Position numbers and translations under genes: made by a program. Under the pieces are notes generated by a model that saw nothing but the letters and a program-made list of their open reading frames with translations, did not search any database and was not told the origin of the DNA. From Gekko japonicus (Eukaryota), in contig NW_015172563.1 of NCBI RefSeq assembly GCF_001447785.1, positions 1 through 64,000 on the forward strand: a stretch of DNA of 64,000 nt. Reading direction: 5' to 3'. Position 1 is the first letter of the stretch. Each line of letters begins with the position of its first letter. Shown here piece by piece: positions 12,473 through 25,709 of the stretch.

Positions 12473-13775
12473 TAGCTACTGCTTATGTGGCTGGTTGAAG
12501 TCTGGAAACTGCACAGCTGCTGGAGAGGAGTAGTGGTTGCTAATTCTTGAGTGAGGTGTGCATAATGAAATTCATGAGTTGAAAATACAAATGGAAAAGG
12601 TTGGTTTTGTGTCATTATCATGATTATCCAGGATGGTAACACAGATCCAAGATTCTTTATTACAAAACCCCTTCATAGAACAATCTGGGTTGTTTTTGGT
12701 CTTTGGCTGCAGCTAGCTGGCTACAGCATGGGCTCATGTTTTTCTTTGATTCTACTGATTTCCTGAACAATGGTGTTTCCCCCTTCCACTCAGATCCTTG
12801 CATGGGAGGGTACAGAGTGCTTCCAGAGATTGCCCTTGGGGACAGTCTGCAGAGAGCTGCAGTTCTCTCCCTCCCTCCTTTGTTGGACCAGATACCTTTT
12901 GTTCTTTGTAAGTACTGTGGCTGGAAAAATAGAGACCTTGGGCTCCCTGTTCAGGGGCCTGTAGAATTCTATCACTTGGTCCAGTGCAATTTTGGTATCA
13001 TTTGGTTGAAAAATAGCCACTCCAGTCCCTCTGAAAGTCCACCATAGGGAATAATGGCAGACCAATGGAAAGGGATGTGAGGTGTGCAAAGGAAGCCACT
13101 TTCATTTTGTGATAGTAAACACAAGAAAGGATGGCAAATGCAGAGTTCTCAGTGGAAAGAAAATGTTATTGTCATTTCTCCTGCTAGGCTGCCACATGAC
13201 TCCCATTTCAGGAATCAGTAGAGAGAAGTGAAGCTGCTCAGAGAATCAACTACTTTGGTGCTCTGTAAACAGTTGTTGTTTAATCTAATTGAAAATTAGG
13301 AGGTCTCTAGATTACAGGGAGGACCGTGTTTTGTGCAAATTTGGTGCTATTATCTCTATAAACATCTGCCCCAGACCTTCATATACATTCTCCATTGAAA
13401 ATAATGGTCCTGAACTCCAGAAACACATGGATTTGAATCCCAAACCTGTAACATCCTACCTGAAAATAAGCAATCACAGAAAATCCCCCCCCCCTGAAGC
13501 CTGGATCTTAAATTACAGTGATTTTTTTTCTCGGCACCCCCACCTCATTCTCTAGCATCAACAGGTGGCACTGGCTCTCCTGGCAGAAAATAGCCCCTGA
13601 TAGGTGCTCAACCATAATGGCCATTGTGGCCAGTTCTTGTACTTAGCTGCTGAAGATTGTTTTTGAAGCAATAAACATCAAATAAAATTTTATAATCATT
13701 ATTAAAAGGGGCAGGCACTGGGAAGATGAGTTGCATTGCTAATAAAACACCCATGACACTTCTACAACCACATTC

Positions 13776-14615
13776 AATCCTATTGTTATTGCAATAGGTC
13801 AAGCATTTTACATCAAGCATTTGATGTAAAAGATGCCTCAGTCCAATTCGGGAACATGAAAGTAAAACAGCATCGTCCATATATAAGAGAATTGGAATAT
13901 GGCGTTGTTTACTTGTGATTCAAATTCTCTTACTTTCTTAATGTTGACAGATTATCATGAATCTAACTGGTTGAAATTAGTCCTTAACAAAATCAGGTCT
14001 ATAGGTATACCTCTAGATTTGCTTTACTTATCATCTGCCTCAACAGCATTTCAGATAATTAAACGCAGGCTGTTAGATATCCAATTTCAGTGCCTGACTG
14101 GGGCAGCTAGGAAAACTTGCGCTCCAATTAATCTGGAATTATCTCTGAAGCCCAGCCAGATAGCCTCTTATTTCTGCTCTTTAACTGATCCCCATCAAAG
14201 AAGGGCATTTATGCTGGTCAGATTTAACATACTGCAGTCAGCTATATTCTCCAGAAGATGAAAAAAAAATCCTCTATGAATTTAGATGATGTCCCTGTAG
14301 CCTGGGTGCTATTAAATCCATTTCCCATGTTCTATTAAATTGTCCATTATACATTAAGATCCGAGAAAAATTTCTGAACTCCCTTCTCTGTACATGGTGT
14401 AGCCTCCCTGACAGTGTCAAGGTTCAGCGGTTACTTTCTGGACACAACTTTCTCATAACCTCTAATGTCGTCTGTTTTATCCAGCCTGCAATTCGATTCA
14501 GGGAAGCTATTAACTATCTATTTTTGGTTGGCCTTATGATTGCTTTGTTACGTCAATGTGTTTTATAAATTTTAATGTACTTTTATCTTTGACATGCCAA
14601 TAAAAGTTGTCTGTG
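13776..14615 (+). mobile_element. 5'-inverted non-L1 LINE (RTE-X-like, clade tentative)
   Basis: 13776-13898 minus encodes IPILLYMDDAVLLS (RT core); 13899-14500 plus encodes the C-terminus with CPC...H.LL.CP.Y; TSD TACAACCACATTC at 13763-13775 and 14616-14628. Confidence 0.85.
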
Positions 14616-14774
14616 TACAACCACATTCTTCCCAGCACTTGACATGCCAATAAAAGTTGTCTGTCTGTGTACAACCACATTCTTCCCAGCGTTTTCCACC
14701 CAATTGCAATGGAATGGACCAAATAACTGCCAGCAGAGCGCCAAAGCCGGACAGATCTTTCCCACATTACCATA

Positions 14775-14975
14775 TGCAGTTGCCTTGTGCTAAGTCAGAC
14801 CATCGGTCTATCAAGCTCGGCATTGTCTGCTCTGACTGGCAGTGGCCCTCTGGGGTCTCAGATGGACATTTCTCAACTCTACTACTACTTGATCCTTTTA
14901 ATTGGAGATGCCAGGGATTGAACCCTGGACCTTCTATGTGCAAAGAAGACGTTCTATCACTGAGTCATGGCATCT
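14775..14975 (-). mobile_element. tRNA-derived SINE
   Basis: Reverse complement carries the B box GGGTTCAATCCC and an A-box-like head. Confidence 0.65.
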
Positions 14976-15344
14976 CCCCACATCCCATGTTCTACAGCTA
15001 TCACCAGCTGTTCCTAAGAGTCATTTGGGGAACAGTGTGGAATGCAGTACCAGAGCAGTGGTAGAAGGAAATTTGCAAAAATCACAGACCCAGGGAGTTA
15101 CCCTAAGCAGCTCTACTCAGAAGTAAGGCCCATATCATTCAGTGGGGCTTCTTGCCAGGGACACATCTTTAGAACTGCAGCTCCATTCATGCAACTTTTA
15201 CTTTGCACCACACCCAATGGACATTCTAGTGGGAGGATGTGTTTTCTGAGTACAGCATATTGTGATTTGGGTGCTGGGAAATGCAATATCTCTGCAGCAG
15301 AAGTCTGCATATTATTAAGCACAATAAGAACATCATTATCATCT

Positions 15345-15815
15345 ATTATTATTATTAGTCACAGTCAGATATCTGACTCGTAGATGGTGTTCTGCAGTTC
15401 AAGATCTAGCCAAGTTCTTGGGAACTGCAGAGATATTTTCAGAGGATTCTTGCTGTTCTAAGCAACACTGTCTTCTGGAGTTGAGCTGGTGTTATTTGCT
15501 CAATGCCCAGAACATCCAGGTGTTTCTTGAGACTTCTAGGCACTGCTCCAGGGACTCCAAAGACAACCAGCATGACGGTCACTTTCCTCTCCCAGAGGCA
15601 CTCTATCTCTATTAGTAGGTCTTGGTATTTTTGATCTTCTCCTGTTCTTTCTTTTCTATTCTGCTGTCTTCTGGGATTTCAATGTCAGTGATACAAATCC
15701 TATATCTCATTTTTTCCCCTTACAATTATGATATCAAGGATGTTATGCTCCAGGTATTTATCTGTTTGTAATCAGAAGTCCCAAAGAATCTTTGTTTCCT
15801 CATTCTCCATGATCT
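15345..15815 (-). mobile_element. R4/Dong-clade LINE 3' fragment
   Basis: Inverted homolog of 10097-10545; ends in (TAA)n. Confidence 0.8.
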
Positions 15816-16153
15816 TGTCTGGTTTGTGCTCCCATTAATTTCTGGCATAACACACTCAGTCCCAATCCCCACCCCTTGAAAAATTGAGGAATAGGAGAAA
15901 AAATGGTTGGAAGATGGCCTTCACAGTGATACTCTAGGAATTCCCCCATATCTCTATGGTCTTTAGTAGAGCATCTCCCAAATTTAATGCCACATCCTCC
16001 CCAAACTCTCCTCAAAATCTCCTGGCACTTGCTGAGTCAGTGCTGGTAACCCTAAGTTCAGAGCAAACCAAATCTTTTCTGTTGATTTCAATATGGAGGA
16101 ATGTTACTCACATGAACATAAACAATAACAAAGTCAGCCGCTTGCTCAGAGTA

Positions 16154-16419
16154 TAGGCCTGCCAAATCTCACCAAATCGTGGTGGGGGATCTGCATGTCT
16201 TTGCAGAATCCTTGCTGCGGGGACAGCGAGATGCATTGCACCACCGTCGCCAGGACATGACGCTATGCGTCACTCTGGCAATAGGGCTCTTTGGAGCCCC
16301 ATTGCCAGAGCGACACGTAGCATCAGATCCTGGCGACGGCGGGGGCAATGCATCTCGCTGTCCCTGTGGCAAGGATTCTGTGAAGACCTACGATCCCCCA
16401 CCACGACGTGGCAACCCTA
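16154..16419. mobile_element. Palindromic hAT MITE
   Basis: TIRs TAGGCCTGCCA/TGGCAACCCTA; TSD TCAGAGTA; nearly the whole element is an inverted repeat. Confidence 0.9.
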
Positions 16420-17835
16420 TCAGAGTAAATGCACTCCTGAGTGCCCTGTAGAGCCATATATTACTTTCTCCAGATCCTAAATGCTTAACAATGGTTTATT
16501 ATGCTTGTCTCTGCATTAAAAGCATACCTTGTAAGAATATAATTAAGTATCTTCTTCCCTCTGGGAAGTCCTCTTGTTCAGCCAGTAAACCCATCTAATT
16601 GCTTCTAACCACAATGAACACCACATCTACAGGCCTAATGGTTATGTTTCTTATAGATCAGTCCTTTACCTTTCACATCCTTATCTAAGAAGCTCTTTCT
16701 GCTACAAACTGTGGACAGGGTCTTCTTCTATGAAAACTAATTGCATGTATCACTTTTAATTTTACCCGCAATATGCATGCATCCCCAGAGTACTGTGCAG
16801 GCATTTATTGCCTCACTCATGATCTTCCTTCATTATTAAAGGAACATTTTTTTTTTTAGATTGAAAACAGTTCCCAGGTGAATTCTAGCTTGATATTTAA
16901 TCACAGGGATTTGCTGCTAGTCACAAATTGCTTGAGCTGTGCTCGGGCTGTGTATGATTTCAGCTGCATACTCTGATTAAATTATAGCATTGATCAATCA
17001 AGGATGATGTATTCCTTTATCACACAAGGAAACTGGGGGATGGAAAGACTGTGTAATAGTGCTTTGTAATAATCTAGAGGGCTAGACCTTATATTGTTTT
17101 TTATATATGCAATGCATGTTAATTTTATTCTAAGTCTGGGAAGGAAGACAATTGATTCAGTTTTGAGGGTTGATGACTTCAGTCTTATAAACTAATAGCA
17201 AAATCCACTTGCTACTATGTATAAAATCAGTTCCCATGGTAGTTGTACCATCTCCATTAATGCTTTCAAATACTACGTTGCCAGGTATCCCTAATTTTAG
17301 TGTGACAGCCTTAGCATGGCATCTTCTTCCAAAAACAGATCAGTAATGGTTTTTAAAACATAATAGTAAGGGGGTGCCTCTGTCATGGGATCATGAGCAA
17401 AATATAGCAGGTAGATCCCATTGTTTTTCTATCTCAATTAATCTAGTTGCAATTATTCTCAAGTGATGGGACTCAGTTCCTTGTGAGTTTCTCCTCTAGA
17501 GACTGTGGGTCAAACTCAGGGATTGTGTTCTGCTCCTTAATAGATCTGTCACTTGGCCCATTCAGCGACTCCCACAGTCCTGTCATTCATCCTTCTCTCT
17601 TAGCTGCTGAGGGCCAGTATGAGAGTCCTCTTTGCTTTGGCAGATGGAAAGGGAATGGAGACAACAGGAGGGACAGAGCTTGAGAAGCCATGGGTGCATT
17701 CACTATCACAGCCACAGACCATTTAAAGAGGCAAATGTGATTTGTGAGTTGAAAGCTTGTATCCATACTGGGCAGTATAAGCTACATATGGTTCCCAGCT
17801 TTTCAAATAGCCTATGTAGTTGTATCTTTAACAGC

Positions 17836-18126
17836 CAGGCTTCCCAAGTACTTACCGTGATTCAGCGGGGGACACAGATGTCTTTGCAGGATCATTCCTG
17901 CAGGGACAACAGACGCTCTGCACCATGCCGTCGCCAGGAAGCGATGCCGGGCGACGCTCTGGCAATGGGCCTGGAAACTCGATGGTACCATCGAGTTTTC
18001 AGTCCCATTGCCAGAGCGTCACCCAGCGTCACTTCCTGGAGACAGCATGGTGTGTTACAGGGAGGAATGGTCTGGCCGGGGAGCATGTTTCCCCCGCTGG
18101 ATCACGGTAAGTACTTGGGAACCCTA
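17836..18126. mobile_element. Palindromic hAT MITE
   Basis: Long terminal inverted arms; 8-bp TSD TTAACAGC at 17828-17835 and 18127-18134. Confidence 0.9.
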
Positions 18127-18202
18127 TTAACAGCAGACTCAGTGTGCAGCATTTAGCAGATGACAGTGTTTACCTCCATATCCCCAAAAGTTTCATTGGC
18201 TA

Positions 18203-18945
18203 TGTGACGTCCCCTTATCTGGGGAGGCCTGGTTTCACTTTAAAGTGTTCTTTTTATTTTGCTCAACTGGGTAGGTTAGGCTGCCACCAGGAAAGTTTAG
18301 GCTTTCCAAACCTTTATACTTTCTTTTGGCTATCACTGGATAGTTAGGTCGAGTTTTTAAGTCTCATGAGGGTCTATGTGTTTCCTGAGAAATCATTTCT
18401 TTTAGAGCTGGCAGACTTAAATAAAAAAAGATTTATTGAAACAGTTCATTAATAAAAGTGTAGAACAATGTAACCAGTAATGTGAATAATTTTAGCAATT
18501 TTGTTGTGTCTCACACAAGATCTGCTCTCTTTCTGACAGGGATTTTTCAAGTAACTTTGTAACTCATTACTTAGTGTCATATACGTTTCCTATTTCACTC
18601 CAGTCTGTCACTCAGACTTTCATTTAACTTTTCTTTCCTTATACATTCAACTTTTCTTCATACACAGAACTTAACTATTGTATCACACACAAGACTGTCT
18701 CTCTCCCTCAGACCTCAGAACGAACTAACTTAACAACTGTCTTTATCAACTGTCCAACCTCTAACTGTCACTCCTGAAGGACATACCCATTCATCCACTC
18801 AGAAACCCTTTCTAAAACCCCTCCCCCTCTCTGTCAATCACCAATCACACCACACTTGTCTCTTCAAGCACTCTAGTCCATCACACAGCCATGCAACCAA
18901 ACTTTTAAAGAGACACACACACATATAAAACAAGGAATCATTACA
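18203..18945 (-). mobile_element. Solo LTR
   Basis: TG...CA termini, 5-bp TSD GGCTA, minus-strand AATAAA near 18432; orientation tentative. Confidence 0.75.
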
Positions 18946-20024
18946 GGCTAATTCTTGCAGACCAAGCTGCTTTAACAAGCAGTTACAGAGGCTGGCTGAA
19001 AAGATGACAACCTTTTGTGTATATGACAAGATTTTGAGCAAAACAAAAGAAAGGAACACTACACCTAGCTGTTTTCTTGAACGTCTAGGTATAAATGACA
19101 TCCATGATTCTTCTTTGTCTAAAACAAATACTTCCTTGGATGCTTTAGCCATTACTTCCTGATATTTAAAAAAGCATTTTCAGTTCCAAGAACCTAGAAA
19201 TAACTGTGTTGAAAGAAGATCCAAACTATAATCACACCTGTTTTTGCTCTGGGTCAGCATAGCCCTGCAGTAGGTCATTGGGATAAAACAAATAATTACC
19301 TGTTTTGTAATGACCAAGGGCTCCTTTATTATTACAGACATTCCTGGTTACACTATTGTTTAGGTTCCTAATTAGCTGATTACAAAATTGCTCATCACTG
19401 TATAATTTCCACAAATTATAGCACTTGCAGCCAGTCTGATTCTCAAATTCTTCTTTTACCTTGAATCATGAATCTGGATATAGGCATTTCGCTCTTATAA
19501 TGCTAATAATAAAAGGTCTAAGACATGCAGAAGGTCATACAGAAGTGCTTTTAAAAGGGGGCTATCAAGTATACCACTGTTTTTGCCATGTTAACCAAAT
19601 CCTCAAATGAAAGTGAGGTCCAAATCCTTTGGTTTAATATATATATTCGAGAACCTTTGGGATGTTACAATATGGGGATTGTATCATTGGACTTGAATAT
19701 TGTGCCAATTACTGGGCCCTCTCCTACCCAATTTGCATCACAAAAGCAAAGAGATAAATTGGTTCCTAGTGAGAGGGAACACATGTTGCTTTCTGCTGCT
19801 GCTGCCTCCTAAAAGCATCCTACACAGCCTGTAACTATCAGGGCCTTTATCTATCACTTATCTTCTCATTGACCAATTGATACATCATGACATAGCCCTG
19901 CCTGTAACAAAGGGGTCTAGAGCCCTTGCTTCCCTTTTGTATGGCAATCCCAGTCAAATTTCATCTGGCTTCCAAAGAGCAATCAGAACCTTAAGAGATA
20001 TCATGGGAATCTCATAGTATAATT

Positions 20025-21915
20025 CTTTTTTTAAAAAAATATTTTTTTAATTATTTTCCACAAATATTTACATATTATCTTTTAATCATACATCTTGTAG
20101 TAATTTCTACCTGCTATTCCGGTGATTTTAGTCCTATATTCCCAGCCACGGGCACAAAGTCCGAATCTTGCTCTGAATGTCTCCTCTTCCTTCTGTTGGT
20201 ATCCATTCCAGGTAGGTCTTCCACTTCGTCCTGATTCCCGTAGTCTTATTTTCCCATGTGGACTTTCGTTCCAGCTTTTCGATTATGTCGGACTTTATGA
20301 GATCAAACAAATAATTATGCCAGATTTCTACTGTCCATTTATTTTTGTTCTTCCAGCCTAGAGCCATTACTGCTTTACTTGCTAGTATCATGGCTTTAAA
20401 CATAGCTTGGTTCTCTTTGCTAATTGCTGGGTTTCCTACTATACCCATTAGCATTAAATTAAAGTTGATGGGCAATGATACTTTACATGTCTTTTTTATA
20501 ATTTGTAGTATCTTTGTCCAGAAAACACTGACCTCTGGGCATTCCCACCACATATGGGAATACCATCCCTTCGATTGTTTACAATGCCAGCATCTAGGAC
20601 TCCTACCTGGGAACATGTTTGCTATTTGTGCTGGTGTTTTATACCATTTAGTAAGAAATTTATGCTCCATTTCATTAAATTTAATCACTTTGATTTCCTC
20701 GATTCCTTTCATTATTTTACTTGCCATGCTTTCTGTTATCTGACCTTCTTTGGCCCAAGTGTTTTGTAGATAAGATATTGACTTGTCTTCATTTGATATC
20801 ATTTCCTTGTAAATTTTCCCTGCTAGACCTTGTTTTGACTTTTGCATCTCTTTGTATAATGTTTCTATTGGTTCCTCTGACCAACTTTTCTCTTTCTCCT
20901 TAATCTTTTTAACCTTACTATACAAGCCATTTATTCTTAACCAGTGTTGGTTGCCCACCTCTTCTATTATCTCCTGTACCGGTTTTAGATTGCCTCCTCT
21001 GAACATGTCTCCCAGTCTATGATAACCTTTAGCTTTTAGCCATTCCCACCATTTGTTACCTGTTATTTCACTATTTATAGATTTTAATGGTGCCCATCTT
21101 GAAGTTTTTCTTAGCCATAGCTCTTGCCACTTACTCCACGCTTCTAGGGCTGCATATCTGGGACCTTTGGTTAGTTCGAGGTCTTTTTTTGTGACTTTAC
21201 GAAAATGCCCCCAGCAGCCAATGTTGTTGTTGATCTCATTTTCAAATCTAACCCATTTTTGCCCTTCACCTTCACCTATCTCTAATAGGGACTTTATTTG
21301 GAAGGCTTCATAATAGTTATTTAGCTCCGGGACTCCCCAACCTAGCTCCACTTTGGGACCATATATCAACCTCTTTTGGGTTCTGCACTTCTTACTACCA
21401 AATACCCATTCTCTAATCACTCTGTTCCATTGTTCTAACTTTTTACTGTGTGCTTCTAGTGGTATCGCCTGAAATAAGTATATTAATTTGGGTAGCCAGA
21501 ACATTTTAACACTCCTAATTCTAGTGGAGAGCCCTAGAGTTTTGTTTTTCCATTTTTTCATTTTGTTTTCTATTTTCTTCCATATTGTGTTGTAGTTACT
21601 TTCTGCAATTCTATCAGTCTTTTTGGTAACTCTATGCCTAAGTACTCATAGTATAATTCATTACAAAATAATCATAATATTATCAATCATATATGGCTTC
21701 AGGGGTCATAAATACATGTCATTTTGGTCTACAAACATCTGTTCTCAGAACCAAGAAGCAAGAAAATTTATCAAGATCTAAGCAGAACAATAACTTCATC
21801 CCAGTTATATCACAGGCCTGAAACCATCTGAGATTCAAGGGTGATAGAAACAGAAGCTGTACCACCCTTAAATATATGTTCACATATATCACATGTTCCT
21901 TCTTCACTCAGAATC
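20025..21915 (-). mobile_element. 5'-truncated L1 (ORF2 C-terminal half)
   Basis: 475-aa ORF 20134-21561 with KMFWLPKLIYLFQ and a CWHC-x8-H-x4-C knuckle; upstream YLGI motif; T-rich tail. Confidence 0.92.
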
Positions 21916-23277
21916 TTCCCCAGCTAAATAAAATAAAATAAATAACATAACATATAAATAAATAACATAACATATAAATAAATAACATAACATATTAGCT
22001 AAATACATAAGATAACATATTAGCTAAATAAATACATACAATAACAGCTAAATAAAATAACATATTAGAAGAAATCAGTGGTGACTAGAACATACCTCAC
22101 TGTGGGAGTTCAACCTTTGTTTGATATTGAAGAAATAGTAGAGAATTTTTATAAGTGCCTGTATCAAAAATCAGATATAATAAATAAGGAAATACAAGAG
22201 TATCAATATAAATGGGAAAAGGGTAAGTTTAATAAGGAGCAAATAGCAATATTAAATGATCCAATTACACCTTATGAGATAACAGAAGTAATACAAAATG
22301 GGGAAAAACAGAAAACTCCAGGCGTAGATGGTATCCTTACAGAGTTTTATCAAATATTTGAGGATCAGATACTAGACCCATTTAAAGAGCTAATACAAAA
22401 TATTCCTAAATCAAACAGAATTCTATTTTTCCATTTCGTTTTCTATTTTCTTCCATATTGTGTTGTAGTTACTTTCCGCAATTCTATCAGTCTTTTTTTG
22501 TAACTCTATGCCTAAGTACTCATAGTATAATTCATTACAAAATAATCATAATATTATCAATCATATATGGCTTCAGGGGTCATAAATACATGTCGTTTTG
22601 GTCTACAAACATCTGTTCTCAGAACCAAGAAGCAAGAAAATTTATCAAGATCTAAGCAGAACAATAACTTCATCCCAGTTATATCACAGGCCTGAAACCA
22701 TCTGAGATTCAGGGGTGATAGAAACAGAAGCTGTACCACCCTTAAATATATGTTCACATATATCACATGTTCCTTCTTCACTCAGAACCTTCCCCAGCTA
22801 AATAAAATAAAATAAATAACATAACATATAAATAAATAACATAACATATTAGCTAAATACATAAGATAACATATTAGCTAAATAAATACATACAATAACA
22901 GCTAAATAAAATAACATATTAGAAGAAATCAGTGGTGACTAGAACATACCTCACTGTGGGAGTTCAACCTTTGTTTGATATTGAAGAAATAGTAGAGAAT
23001 TTTTATAAGTGCCTGTATCAAAAATCAGATATAATAAATAAGGAAATACAAGAGTATCAATATAAATGGGAAAAGGGTAAGTTTAATAAGGAGCAAATAG
23101 CAATATTAAATGATCCAATTACACCTTATGAGATAACAGAAGTAATACAAAATGGGGAAAAACAGAAAACTCCAGGCGTAGATGGTATCCTTACAGAGTT
23201 TTATCAAATATTTGAGGATCAGATACTAGACCCATTTAAAGAGCTAATACAAAATATTCCTAAATCAAACAGAATTC
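21567..23277. repeat. Tandem duplication, ~855-bp unit x2
   Basis: Identical ORF pairs at 21719/22557 and 22078/22932; the unit spans the junction of two opposite L1s. Confidence 0.9.
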
Positions 23278-24614
23278 CCTCCTCATGGAACGAAGCTATA
23301 ATAACTCTGATCCATAAACCTAACTCAAAAGAAGAAGAAATAACAAATTATAGACCCATTTCCTTATTAAACACAGATTATAAATTATTTGCAAAAATAT
23401 TGGATAATAGATTGAGGAAGGTATTAATCCAAATAATACATAAAGATCAATCAGGATTTTTACCTAAAAGGAAAATACAAAATAATATTAGAAACATAAT
23501 TAATGTGTTAGAATATTATGAATTACATCCAGGGAAACCAATGATATTAACACTATTAGATGCGAAAAAAGCATTTGATAACATTAATTGGAGTTATATG
23601 TTAAAAACGTTTGTGATGTGGGAATGCGGGAACAATTTTCTTACAATGATAAAGGCTATCTACAATAGCCAAAATGCAAAAAGTTTAGTTAATGGTGAAC
23701 CCACTCAAAATATTCCCATCCAAAAAGGTACTAGACAGGGTTGCCCCCATCTCCCTTATTGTTTATCTTTACTATTGAGTCATTAGCTGAAAGGATAAGA
23801 AATAATGAATTGATAAAAGGATTGAAAGTAAGAGGTGAAACTTTTAAACTGCAAGCTTTTGCAGACGGTTTGATTGTAATATTAGAAGACCGAGAATACT
23901 TTTTAAAGTATCTATTAGAAGATATTCAGGAATTTGGGAACCTTTCAGGCTTTAGAATCAATGTTCAAAAGACTAAAATTATAGTCAAAAATTGTCCACA
24001 AAATATTATACAAAGAATGAAAGAAATATCAAAAATGGAGGTAGTGGAAAAAGCAAAATATTTAGGAATATGGATATCCAACAAATCATCGACGCTATAT
24101 GAAGACAACTATTTACAACTTTTAAAAGACATAAAAGGGGACTTGAAGCATTGGGACAAAGTACATCTCTCTTTACTGGGCAGAATAGCGACAGTTAAAT
24201 GATTATTTTGCCAAGATTCCTCTTCCTCGCACAGAATTTACCAATAGAAACATAATATAAAATTATCCTGGTGGGAAAAAAATGTCTTAAAAACAAGGTA
24301 TAATTAAGATTTTTAAAAAGGATTTTACAGTAGCTTAAATGAATTTGACAAAATCTGGTTATTTTCCAGCGATAAGCTTATTCAGAAACTTTATACCATA
24401 TTGATAGAGGACTTTTTACGAGAAGAAACTATTAAAACGTCAATGTTAGCTTGGATAAAACAGGTTGGGCATCCTATAGAAGCAGACCAATGGACTAAAA
24501 CATGGAAATCACTAACCTTTATGAGAGCAACCCCCTACAAGGAAAACATATATAAAATGTTCTATAGATGGCATTGGACTCCTGTCAAAGTAGCAAAGTG
24601 CTTCCCGAAGGCAT
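22932..24614 (+). mobile_element. L1 ORF2 (RT) pseudogene, frameshifted, running into a gap
   Basis: KTPGVDG, NYRPISLLNTDYK, LDAKKAFD, GTRQGCP, FADG (degenerate FADD), KYLGI motifs. Confidence 0.92.
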
Positions 24615-25159
24615 NNNNNNNNNNNNNNNNNNNNNNNNNNNNNNNNNNNNNNNNNNNNNNNNNNNNNNNNNNNNNNNNNNNNNNNNNNNNNNNNNNNNNN
24701 NNNNNNNNNNNNNNNNNNNNNNNNNNNNNNNNNNNNNNNNNNNNNNNNNNNNNNNNNNNNNNNNNNNNNNNNNNNNNNNNNNNNNNNNNNNNNNNNNNNN
24801 NNNNNNNNCCCTTTACCTTTCATTTGTGATATAGCCTTTGAACTAGCCTCGCCATTCAGCCACTCCTTGTTCATGTAGTTCCCTCATCTGCCTTCTCAGG
24901 ATGATCTGGTGACTTAGACTCTTGCCCCTCTCAGAATCAAGTATTTCAGCTGATGAACACTCCCCTGCCAACCTTTGAGCTGAGGTGATGTGACAAGTTC
25001 AGAAGAAATGGAAGGATGTCCTTGCCTCTCCTGTTTTGCCTGTAACTGTTACCATAAAGAGCTTTCACCACATATGATTATTATTCTTCCTGCCCTTCCA
25101 GGATTGGCATCAATAACCATCTAACATTGGTAGAGAATTTTCTCCCATCTGAAGGAGTG

Positions 25160-25306
25160 CTATGCCTCTGTCATAATGTAATTTCTGACATTTCTGCCAA
25201 TTGTGAAAATTGACTGGCAGGAGGCCGATTCTTCAGCTCTATGCCTCTGTCATAATGTAATTTCTGAAAATTGTGAAAATTGTCTGGCAGGAGGCCGATT
25301 CTTCAG
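25160..25306. repeat. ~78-bp imperfect tandem duplication
   Basis: CTATGCCTCTGTCATAATGTAATTTCTGA...GGCAGGAGGCCGATTCTTCAG occurs twice. Confidence 0.8.
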
Positions 25307-25346
25307 TTTTGTAATTTGTGGGGCACCAATCTTGTCATTACAGCAA

Positions 25347-25572
25347 GAGAGCAGTGTGGTATAGTGGTTAGAGTGCTGGACTCAGTTCAGGGAGACCCAG
25401 AGTCGGATCCCCATTCTGCCATGGAAGCTTGCTGGATAACCTTAGGCCAGTCACACACACAGTCTAACTACTTCACAGGGTTCTTGTAAGAATAAAACGA
25501 AGAAGAGGAAAATGACATAAGGTGCTTTAAGTCCCCATTGGGGAGAAAAGTGGGGTATAAAGTAAATAAATA
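25347..25572 (+). mobile_element. tRNA-derived SINE (Squam3/MIR-like)
   Basis: GCAGTGTGGTATAGTGGTTAGAGTG head; (TAAA)n tail. Confidence 0.75.
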
Positions 25573-25709
25573 GACAGGGCATCCAGATACCTGTACTTTA
25601 GTAAAGTACATACAGTCATTATAGCCCCTACAAGGCAAGAGACATTCAGAGGTGGTTTGCACATGGTAGCATGCTGTTTGCAGGCACATGGCTTAATAAG
25701 AAGTGGTCT

